27,458 nucleotides of DNA from a virus (taxonomy: Duplodnaviria; Caudoviricetes): IMG/VR virus record IMGVR_UViG_3300038317_000170, positions 1 through 27,458 of that record; one strand, given 5' to 3'. The position numbers and the translations under genes are program-made. Position 1 is the stretch's first letter. Each line of letters begins with the position of its first letter. Below, piece by piece: positions 8,288 to 15,688 of this stretch. The notes beneath the pieces were generated by a model, which saw only the letters and a list, made by a program, of their open reading frames with translations, was not told the origin of the DNA and ran no database searches.

Positions 8288-11200
8288 ATGGCTTTAAAAT
8301 TAAATCAAATATATGTATATCAGTTTACTACATTCTCACTTTTGAGCAATTATAAAGATAAAACAAAGCCAAATGATATGAGTGAAAATGAAATGGCTGA
8401 TGAATTAAAGAAATATTCAAAAGAGGAATTACAGAAGAAGAAAAAGGAATTTCAACAGAAACTTGTGAATTTCAAAGGAATAAGATGTATTAGAAAGTCA
8501 TCAATAAATAAGGCAATAAATGATTTTTTGGAAAATAAACAATCTAATGTAGTTTCATTATTTGAAAGTGATATTTCTCGATGGATTGAAAAAAATAAGC
8601 CGGAAAATATTCAAAAAATTGGATTTGATAAAAATTTACTTAAGGGTATTGTGTTTTTAAAGATATCCCGTAACCACAATGTAATTATGAATCAAATTAT
8701 TGACAATGGGTTATTATTTGATGGTGTTGAATACTGTGTATATACTGCCGCAGCAGGTCAACAAAGAAAAACAAAATTGACATTGATTGAAAAATCTATA
8801 ATGGATGAATATATTTATAAAAAATATATGTGCGGTTTAAGCATGGATAAAATAAATCAAACAGGTGGTTTGAATACAGGTAAAATGTTAGCGTATTTAG
8901 CCCTTCCATTATCAGCCAGTAAACCAATTACTATTGATATTGATAAAGTCATTGTTGTTGACGATATGGAACTGCCAGTTAATAAGTTAGTAGAATTTAT
9001 TGACCATGAGAATAATTTTACTCATCAAAAGATGAATTTGCCTGATTTGCTTAATATGACCGATGGGGCAGGTATGATATTGCCCAATGCGATGAAAAAA
9101 ATAGAACAACAATTAGATTTAAATTATCCTTTAACTGGTTTTCAAATTCGTTCAAGTTGGGTAAAAGGTGCTATCTTTCCATTTAATTTTAAAATTTGGT
9201 GTCAAGAGCATGACAGTAGTAAAGTTAAAGATATTTGGAAAAATAAAGAATATGATATTATTCAAGATGATATTCAGATGATACTTACTAAAAGCCAACT
9301 TAAAACTTGGGGAAAATATGATAGTTGGCAGCAATACAAGGATGAATTTAAAAAGCAAGAATTAAGTTTTTCTGCAACTGCTATAAACAATCCGAATAAA
9401 AATAATATACAAATGGCTTATCAGTTTTTACAAACACTTGATAGGGATAAAGCGGATGAAGAACACATTAAAGCACTTTGTAATAAGAGCATTCAACATT
9501 ATCAGTTGTTGCATAGTGATACAAATACTATTCTTAATAAATTTGGAGCATCCAATGAAAATGAAATTAAAAAACCATTTCAGGAAGCATTGATGTTATA
9601 TCCTGCACTCTTAAAAGATAAGTGGGTAAAACAAAAATTAGAACGAATGGTTGCTGGATATAAAAAAGATTTATTATGCGGTAAAATTGAATTAGATGGC
9701 TTCTATGGATATGCTATGCCTGATATGTATGCTTTTTGTGAATGGTTGTTTTTAGGTACAAAAGAACCTAAGGGGTTAATCCCTGATAATTATGTTTATT
9801 GCCAATATTATCAGGATAAAGACATTAATAGAGCAGACATTCTCAGAAGTCCGCACCTCAATAATGAACATACGATAAGAAATATTTTATATTCGTCCGA
9901 ATGTAAAGAATGGTTTAAATATTGTGGTCAAAATATAATTTATAGTATTCACGATTATTTGATGCTTTGTGTGCAAGGCGATACTGATGGCGATACGCTC
10001 GCAATCGTGCCAAATGATACCCTAATTAAAATGGTAAAGCCGCATGATGTACTATTTTATAGAATGTATAAAGCACCTGCTCAGCAGATTACTAAAAAAA
10101 CCATTTATAATACATTAGTAAACAGTTTCTCGTGCAATAAAGAAGGTCAGTCTATTGGATATATTTCAAATGCTATAAGTAAATGCTGGAATCAAGATGT
10201 GTTAGACGGCGAAACGCTTAATCTGATAAAATATCTCACTATGAAATCTAATTTTACAATTGATTTTCCAAAAACTCAGAAAAACATTGTTTTACCTAAA
10301 GAAATACAAAAGAAATATGAAGAAGTATCAAGTAGCCAATTTCCTTACATATTCAAATATATTAAAGGGAAAAAGAATGTAAATGAACAAAACAGTAGTG
10401 TAATGAATCAACTTGTAAAATATATTGAATCAAATACAAAAGGATGTAAATACACATATGAAGTTGATGACTTTGACTATTCAATGCTTCAAAGTAGAAA
10501 TACAGAAGGAGATGTAATTGTTGATAGATCAGCAAAGAAATATTCGAAATTGCAAAAACTATGTTATCAGTTTGGTAGTAAAGTACAATCATTAAGCAAA
10601 AAGCTAAAGTCGATTGAAAGAGATCAAAATAAGGAAAACAATGATGATGAGTTAGAAGAAAACGATGCAAATTTTGATTTAACTTATAGTTTATGTCTCA
10701 TGGAAATGTTGAATATTTATCCAGATAAGCAAAAATTAACCGATACTTTAGTAGATTTATGCTATTGCCAGAAGTATCCTATTTCGGGAATTAACAACAT
10801 TATGTGGCAATGTTGCGGAGATATTATAGTTAGAAATATTGCTATAAACTTAAAAAATAATAATTATACTCCTAAAACTAAGACAAGAATGGCTTATCAA
10901 ACAAAGGACATAGATAAGGTGACATCAATTAAATCTAAGTTGGATATCTTGTTACAAAGTCAAAAACCAATTATTTATAAACATGATATAGATACAATTC
11001 AAAATATTAAAAATAGAAATTGTCAAATAATATATTATATTTTTTTATGCCTTTGCAAAATTAAAAATGAAAATAGTACATTTAATCATAAAATTTATAT
11101 TGCAAATGGTAAGAAAAGTAAAATTAATAAAAATAAGTTGCTTATGATGGCAGAATTACCAACAAGTACTAATTTTAGTAAAATATTAAATGAACTTAAA

Positions 11201-11503
11201 AAACTAAATTTAATATCTGTCATAGAACCAAAAGTTAAAAGTGGTAAAATAATTAGTTTAGTTGACTATAATTTTAGTCCAAAGAATGATGGAATTGCCT
11301 TTATGGTTAATAATGCTTGGAATCCTGTCATTTACTATACGGCTTATAATGAAAACAAAAAAATATGTCAATGCACTATTTGCGGAAATGATTTTATAAA
11401 AATAAAAAACAAAAAGACTTGTAGTAATAAGTGTGCTGAAATTTTGGAAAGTAACACAAAAAAAGATGCTTATACCAACAAAAAAGTTGATATTGCATCC
11501 TAA
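8288..11503 (+). CDS. Single-subunit two-barrel RNA polymerase, YonO/eukaryotic RdRP-like family
   Basis: Ordered family motifs TDGAG, FQIRSSWVKG, RSPHL, catalytic GDTDGD (9977-9994), IGYISN, IDFPKT; C-terminal wHTH-like segment and CxxC..CxxxC zinc ribbon. Confidence 0.88.
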   Translation: MALKLNQIYVYQFTTFSLLSNYKDKTKPNDMSENEMADELKKYSKEELQKKKKEFQQKLVNFKGIRCIRKSSINKAINDFLENKQSNVVSLFESDISRWIEKNKPENIQKIGFDKNLLKGIVFLKISRNHNVIMNQIIDNGLLFDGVEYCVYTAAAGQQRKTKLTLIEKSIMDEYIYKKYMCGLSMDKINQTGGLNTGKMLAYLALPLSASKPITIDIDKVIVVDDMELPVNKLVEFIDHENNFTHQKMNLPDLLNMTDGAGMILPNAMKKIEQQLDLNYPLTGFQIRSSWVKGAIFPFNFKIWCQEHDSSKVKDIWKNKEYDIIQDDIQMILTKSQLKTWGKYDSWQQYKDEFKKQELSFSATAINNPNKNNIQMAYQFLQTLDRDKADEEHIKALCNKSIQHYQLLHSDTNTILNKFGASNENEIKKPFQEALMLYPALLKDKWVKQKLERMVAGYKKDLLCGKIELDGFYGYAMPDMYAFCEWLFLGTKEPKGLIPDNYVYCQYYQDKDINRADILRSPHLNNEHTIRNILYSSECKEWFKYCGQNIIYSIHDYLMLCVQGDTDGDTLAIVPNDTLIKMVKPHDVLFYRMYKAPAQQITKKTIYNTLVNSFSCNKEGQSIGYISNAISKCWNQDVLDGETLNLIKYLTMKSNFTIDFPKTQKNIVLPKEIQKKYEEVSSSQFPYIFKYIKGKKNVNEQNSSVMNQLVKYIESNTKGCKYTYEVDDFDYSMLQSRNTEGDVIVDRSAKKYSKLQKLCYQFGSKVQSLSKKLKSIERDQNKENNDDELEENDANFDLTYSLCLMEMLNIYPDKQKLTDTLVDLCYCQKYPISGINNIMWQCCGDIIVRNIAINLKNNNYTPKTKTRMAYQTKDIDKVTSIKSKLDILLQSQKPIIYKHDIDTIQNIKNRNCQIIYYIFLCLCKIKNENSTFNHKIYIANGKKSKINKNKLLMMAELPTSTNFSKILNELKKLNLISVIEPKVKSGKIISLVDYNFSPKNDGIAFMVNNAWNPVIYYTAYNENKKICQCTICGNDFIKIKNKKTCSNKCAEILESNTKKDAYTNKKVDIAS

Positions 11504-11555
11504 ATTGGAATTAGCGTTTTTATAAATTGTTATAAATAGCATAAAGACTATACTT

Positions 11556-11601
11556 TTGGGGTTGTCTGTAAACTTCTTATAAGGGAAGTAGATAACCCCA
11601 A
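11556..11601 (+). promoter_or_regulatory. Hairpin containing TTATAAGGGAAGTA; candidate phage-RNAP promoter or regulatory site
   Basis: TTGGGGTTGTCT/AGATAACCCCAA stem; the 14-mer at 11577-11590 recurs exactly at 12294-12307. Confidence 0.4.
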
Positions 11602-11641
11602 TTTTTATTGTTCAAAAATTATATATTAGAGGTGAGAATAG

Positions 11642-11842
11642 GTGAATATAGAACAGGAAAAATTACGTAATCAGATTAATAATTTAATAGATAAATATGG
11701 TATTAAAGCTAATCATATTTGCGAATATGCAAATATTGATACAGCCTATTTTTGCCGTTGGCGTAAGGGTAAGAAGTATTTGAGTACTGAAGATACGAAG
11801 TCAATTAAAATATATCTTGAAAATTTGAAAAGAATGTTTTAA
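11642..11842 (+). CDS. Small HTH DNA-binding protein
   Basis: GIKANHICEYANIDTAYFCRWRKGKKYLS HTH pattern; SD GAGGTG, GTG start. Confidence 0.75.
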   Translation: MNIEQEKLRNQINNLIDKYGIKANHICEYANIDTAYFCRWRKGKKYLSTEDTKSIKIYLENLKRMF

Positions 11843-11933
11843 TTTTTTAAATCAAAAATATTAAAATTATCCTTATACAATATAACATATACAAATGCAA
11901 ATATCAATAGTAAAATGAAATATTTTCGGTAAT

Positions 11934-12390
11934 AACAGGGATCAGCAGCCTGTTTTACATATTGTCTATTAGCGATTAAGTTATTAAGACTTATTTTGGT
12001 AAGCGTTTGCCGTTAACCGTAGGGCGTTCAATCCGCTCCACCTCCTTAAATTGTGTGTAAACGGCTGGGTGAACTGATGGTTTTCTATATGGAACCAGAT
12101 TAATGGAAGAATTACTACTTCCAGCGTTATAAGCGTTGCCTGAATTTTTTAATACTGGTTAGCCATAGCCGGTATTACCTTATCTTTCTGGGCACATCTA
12201 CGAGCCGATAGGTTGGGGGTGTGCCTTTATTAAGTATATAAAGTTATGGCTTTGGTTGATATATAGCCTAAGCCGTGATTTTTATATAAAGCATTATAAG
12301 GGAAGTATCTTGTCTCTGGGAGAAAGACGGAATGGTGATTATCGGAAAAGATAGGAATGGTGTGAGATATGGTGCTTCCCTTGATAATGC
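11934..12390 (+). ncRNA. Candidate structured non-coding RNA (or array of small RNAs)
   Basis: No long ORF, visibly more GC-rich than flanks, at least eight consecutive stem-loops with G-U pairs that favour the + strand. Confidence 0.55.
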
Positions 12391-12450
12391 TTAAAAATAT
12401 AAACTGATGACAAACAATTTATTGTAGAAGGGAAATGTGAAAATTGAGAG

Positions 12451-12999
12451 ATGAAAACAGATCAACCAAATGTAGAACTTATAGCAGAGGACGAAATTTT
12501 TAAAACAGTTAGAATTTATGATGAGTATTATAATAATTATTTGATTAGTAATTATGGTCGAGTTTATTCTTTGAATGTAAAAAGAATAATATATGAAGGT
12601 GAAACCAAAGGTGGATATACACGTTTTAAAATACATAAAAATGGAAAAACAAAGTATATATCCGGTCAGAGATTAGTTGCCTTCGCATTTGTTATTAACC
12701 CTCATCCAGATAAATATAATACAGTGAATCACCTTGATGAAAATCCTAAAAATAATAAATGGACGAACCTTGAATGGACAACTAACAAGGGCAACTTAAA
12801 TTATGGAACGGCTCAGAAACGTAGAGCAGCGCAAAGAGCAAAGAAAGTATTACAATTTGATATGAATAATAATTTAGTTGCAGAATTTGAAAGTTTGCCG
12901 GAAATTAATAGGGCATTAGGGTATTTTGGTTCTGTAATTTGTAATCACATAAAGACTGGTGAACCTTACCTTGGCTATTTCTGGCGGCATGCCAGTTAA
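12451..12999 (+). CDS. NUMOD4-HNH-NUMOD1 (I-HmuI-like) homing endonuclease
   Basis: YLISNYGRVYS (NUMOD4), RLVAFAF..VNHLDENPKNNKWTNLEW (HNH), KKVLQFD..FESLPE C-terminal NUMOD1-like domain. Confidence 0.85.
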   Translation: MKTDQPNVELIAEDEIFKTVRIYDEYYNNYLISNYGRVYSLNVKRIIYEGETKGGYTRFKIHKNGKTKYISGQRLVAFAFVINPHPDKYNTVNHLDENPKNNKWTNLEWTTNKGNLNYGTAQKRRAAQRAKKVLQFDMNNNLVAEFESLPEINRALGYFGSVICNHIKTGEPYLGYFWRHAS

Positions 13000-13029
13000 T
13001 ATATAAACAATATTTAATTAAGGAGAAAA

Positions 13030-13497
13030 ATGATAATGATTGAAATTAAAAGTATGGCATTGGTAAAGGCAATTAATGAGGGTAAAGGTCTTACAGCATT
13101 AAGAGAAATTAAAATGGATGAAAATGATCCTCAGGCTAGACCGATTTATGTTTTTGAAGAAAATAAGTACATAATGCCTATTATTTCGGATTGGTTAAAA
13201 AACAATAAAGATGATAGAAGTATGGATGAATCTTGGTTAGAGATTACACCACAGGACTTTTATGCTCCTGAAAGTGGAAATTGTGTTATAACAAGGAATT
13301 TATATATTTTGCGTAATATTATTGCTGCTGGGTATTTGAAAAACCTATGCGAAGTGTTTAAAGAGCCAAAAGGAAATGGTATGAGAATGGCTTTTAAGTT
13401 TATTAGCAATGCAGAAATTGCTGAAATTAAGGCTAAGGGTGATGCTCAATCAAAAGCATATTATCAAAATAAGATGAAGCAAGGAGAAATAAAATAA
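13030..13497 (+). CDS. Protein with two tandem DUF5659-like domains
   Basis: Two repeats of strand-helix-G..L.E...D/P......Y/F.F; SD AAGGAG. Confidence 0.6.
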   Translation: MIMIEIKSMALVKAINEGKGLTALREIKMDENDPQARPIYVFEENKYIMPIISDWLKNNKDDRSMDESWLEITPQDFYAPESGNCVITRNLYILRNIIAAGYLKNLCEVFKEPKGNGMRMAFKFISNAEIAEIKAKGDAQSKAYYQNKMKQGEIK

Positions 13498-13841
13498 TGG
13501 AAACTGAAAAGCGTAAATCTTTAGTAGTGCTTAGCGTTGAGTTGCTTTATAAAATTGCTGATATGGGATATCTCGAAAATCTCAATGAGGTAAGACCAGA
13601 TAATAAATATAAAAACAAACGTGTTTATTATTTTGATTATAATCCGGAAATTGAAAAAGCAATTAAAGAATATCAAGCCGCTAAACAAAAAGAAAGAGCA
13701 GAAAAATCATTGGTTGCTGGTATTGTTAAAGCAGAACCATTAAAACCTTTTTCTTTAACGGATGAAGATAAACAGGCTATTATTAATGGTATTGTTGAAC
13801 AGCTTAAAGAGAATAAAGATGAGGTAAATAATGTTGGATAA
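13497..13841 (+). CDS. DUF5659-like protein
   Basis: VVLSVELLYKIADMGYLENLNEVRPDNKYKNKRVYYFDYNPEIEKAIKEY; SD AAGGAG. Confidence 0.7.
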   Translation: METEKRKSLVVLSVELLYKIADMGYLENLNEVRPDNKYKNKRVYYFDYNPEIEKAIKEYQAAKQKERAEKSLVAGIVKAEPLKPFSLTDEDKQAIINGIVEQLKENKDEVNNVG

Positions 13842-13980
13842 ATATGTCACAAAGATTAAGTTGGCAAAAACAGATAAAGATATAAGATATATTTTAGAGT
13901 GCTTTTATGTCGAGAGTATGATTAGTGCTGAGTTTAGGGAAGAAATTGGAAATGCAATAGAGAAAGATGAGGAAGCATAA
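13831..13980 (+). CDS. Small hypothetical protein (49 aa, not in ORF track)
   Basis: SD GAGGT, ATG at 13831, MLDKYVTKIKLAK...KDEEA; fills the operon gap. Confidence 0.6.
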   Translation: MLDKYVTKIKLAKTDKDIRYILECFYVESMISAEFREEIGNAIEKDEEA

Positions 13981-13982
13981 TA

Positions 13983-14453
13983 ATGAAAACAATCGAGATT
14001 TTTTTAAAAGGTCATAAAATTATTAAAGCTATTGTGAGTAATGGAACAGATATTAATTTAGCCAGAATCAAAAGATATGATGTTTTAAATATTCATGGTG
14101 CAAAAAATTGCAGCTTTAATGCTGATTTGATTGAGATGATAGATGTCGTTAAACAGGATGATAATGAATATTGTAAAGATATATCTGAAATAGCTTTTAC
14201 TAATATAAATGAACAAATTCAGGAAGAAAATAAACCCATGAAAGATATGCAATCTAATGTTGAAGATGATGAGTTGATTCTCAAACCTTTACATAAAAGT
14301 AGACTTATTAAAATGGATGATGACATACCTGACGATAATAAAGAGTATAAAGATATTATGAATGAAATGGGAAACCATCTTGCTCAGCTGAGGGCACAGC
14401 AATTGATGAATAGTTTTAGACCAAATCTTAATCTTCCGTTTATTAAGAGATAA
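13983..14453 (+). CDS. Hypothetical protein
   Basis: 156-aa ORF, SD GAGG. Confidence 0.75.
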   Translation: MKTIEIFLKGHKIIKAIVSNGTDINLARIKRYDVLNIHGAKNCSFNADLIEMIDVVKQDDNEYCKDISEIAFTNINEQIQEENKPMKDMQSNVEDDELILKPLHKSRLIKMDDDIPDDNKEYKDIMNEMGNHLAQLRAQQLMNSFRPNLNLPFIKR

Positions 14454-14465
14454 TATTTGTGATAT

Positions 14466-14496
14466 GGGTGTAGGGTGAATAGCTCTGCACCTTTTT
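14466..14496 (+). terminator. Intrinsic terminator before the packaging genes
   Basis: GGTGTAGGG/CTCTGCACC stem followed by TTTTT. Confidence 0.6.
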
Positions 14497-14516
14497 AATT
14501 ATAAGGAGAATAAATA

Positions 14517-14858
14517 ATGAAAAGATTTAAAGTTGAAAATATACGATTTGTTTTAGAATGGTATACTCCTAAAGTTGATGTTAATAACTTAATTAAAGGC
14601 TATGGTGTAAAAGACATTGACGAATTATCAGGGCTGTATTGTGATGTTTGGAATTTATATATTACACTGGTTGATAAATATGGAGTTAATACATACTCTC
14701 AATGGAAACTTGGCAGTTATTTGGTTGAGTTATATGAGCGATTAAATTCTAAATTTAGTTTTGATGACTTTGTTAAAATTATATATTTACCAACTGATGT
14801 TGATGGAATATATTCCTTGCCTGACTTTGAGGAGATTATAGGTAATGCCAAAGTTTAG
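14517..14858 (+). CDS. Hypothetical protein
   Basis: 113-aa ORF, SD TAAGGAG. Confidence 0.75.
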   Translation: MKRFKVENIRFVLEWYTPKVDVNNLIKGYGVKDIDELSGLYCDVWNLYITLVDKYGVNTYSQWKLGSYLVELYERLNSKFSFDDFVKIIYLPTDVDGIYSLPDFEEIIGNAKV

Positions 14859-15147
14859 CTTTTACAATACAAAACGTTGGGAGAAGTTAAGGGAGTTTGT
14901 TATTAATCGTGATGGTGGTATGTGTGTGTATTGTGGAGCTAAAGGTGATACTGTCCATCACATTGAATGGGTTAATGACTTCAACTGTAATGATCCTATG
15001 ATTACATTTAATGTTGATAACTTAGAGACAGTATGTCGTGATTGTCATGCGAAGATACATAGTAAGACAGGTAGTCAATCAACAGCAGACGGTTATAGGT
15101 TTGATGATGAAGGTAATCTTATATTTATTGGAAAAAATAAAAAATAA
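14845..15147 (+). CDS. Packaging-associated HNH endonuclease (HK97 gp74-like)
   Basis: FYNTKRWEKLR..RD..CVYC..VHHI..NLETVCRDCHAKIH; located upstream of terS. Confidence 0.9.
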   Translation: MPKFSFYNTKRWEKLREFVINRDGGMCVYCGAKGDTVHHIEWVNDFNCNDPMITFNVDNLETVCRDCHAKIHSKTGSQSTADGYRFDDEGNLIFIGKNKK

Positions 15148-15168
15148 AATATTAAAATTATAATTCTT

Positions 15169-15260
15169 TGTGTGAAATATTTTCACACATGAATATATCC
15201 CCCCACTATATTTTTAAAAATTTAACCTATGGGATACCGGTGGTGGGGGTAACTTTTCCT
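15169..15260. other. Putative cos region
   Basis: HNH-terS intergenic position; perfect inverted repeat TGTGTGAAA-tat-TTTCACACA (15169-15189); C-run...ACCGG...G-run layout as in 3'-cos phages. Confidence 0.5.
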
Positions 15261-15316
15261 CTACATGGTTTTTTACCATCGTGAGGTTCAAATAATTAAC
15301 AGGAAGTGAGGACAAA

Positions 15317-15688
15317 TTGGCAGAATTTAATAAAGATAAAGAAATAAAGAAAGAGATAAAAAAACTGAAAGATACTTTGAAGGAAATTCCAAAAGATAAA
15401 ATAAAAATGGCTGAAGAATTAATTTCTAATGCTGCTTTTATGTCAGTTACATTAAAAGAATTACAACAGGAAGTTAATGACCGAGGTGCAATAACTACAT
15501 ACAACAAAAATCCCGTAGAAAATCCAGCAACCAAAAGTTATAACACAATGATTAATCGTTACTCATCGGTTATGAGTCAATTATTAAACTTACTTCCGAA
15601 AGATGATAATAAAAATGAGAATTCTGACAAACCTTTAAATGTAAAAGAAGAAGCTTTAAAAGCATTTGTTACAGGTGGTAGCAAATGA
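15317..15688 (+). CDS. terS: Terminase small subunit (P27-like)
   Basis: LKELQQEVNDRG...ENPATKSYNTMINRY; TTG start; upstream of terL. Confidence 0.85.
   Translation: MAEFNKDKEIKKEIKKLKDTLKEIPKDKIKMAEELISNAAFMSVTLKELQQEVNDRGAITTYNKNPVENPATKSYNTMINRYSSVMSQLLNLLPKDDNKNENSDKPLNVKEEALKAFVTGGSK

Noticed and set aside
8288-11503. Eukaryotic RdRP contamination or host rpoC fragment
   Set aside because: Bacterial SD, phage context and no introns; lacks the NADFDGD context of beta-prime
11934-12390. CRISPR array, tRNA cluster or retron ncRNA
   Set aside because: No regularly spaced repeats, no cloverleaf/TTCGA arm, and no reverse transcriptase or cas gene in the window
11934-12999. Group I intron or HEARO/IscB omega-RNA explanation for RNA plus HNH
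   Set aside because: No interrupted gene, no convincing P7 (R/S) core elements seen, and the nuclease lacks RuvC/PLMP motifs; an Rfam scan should confirm
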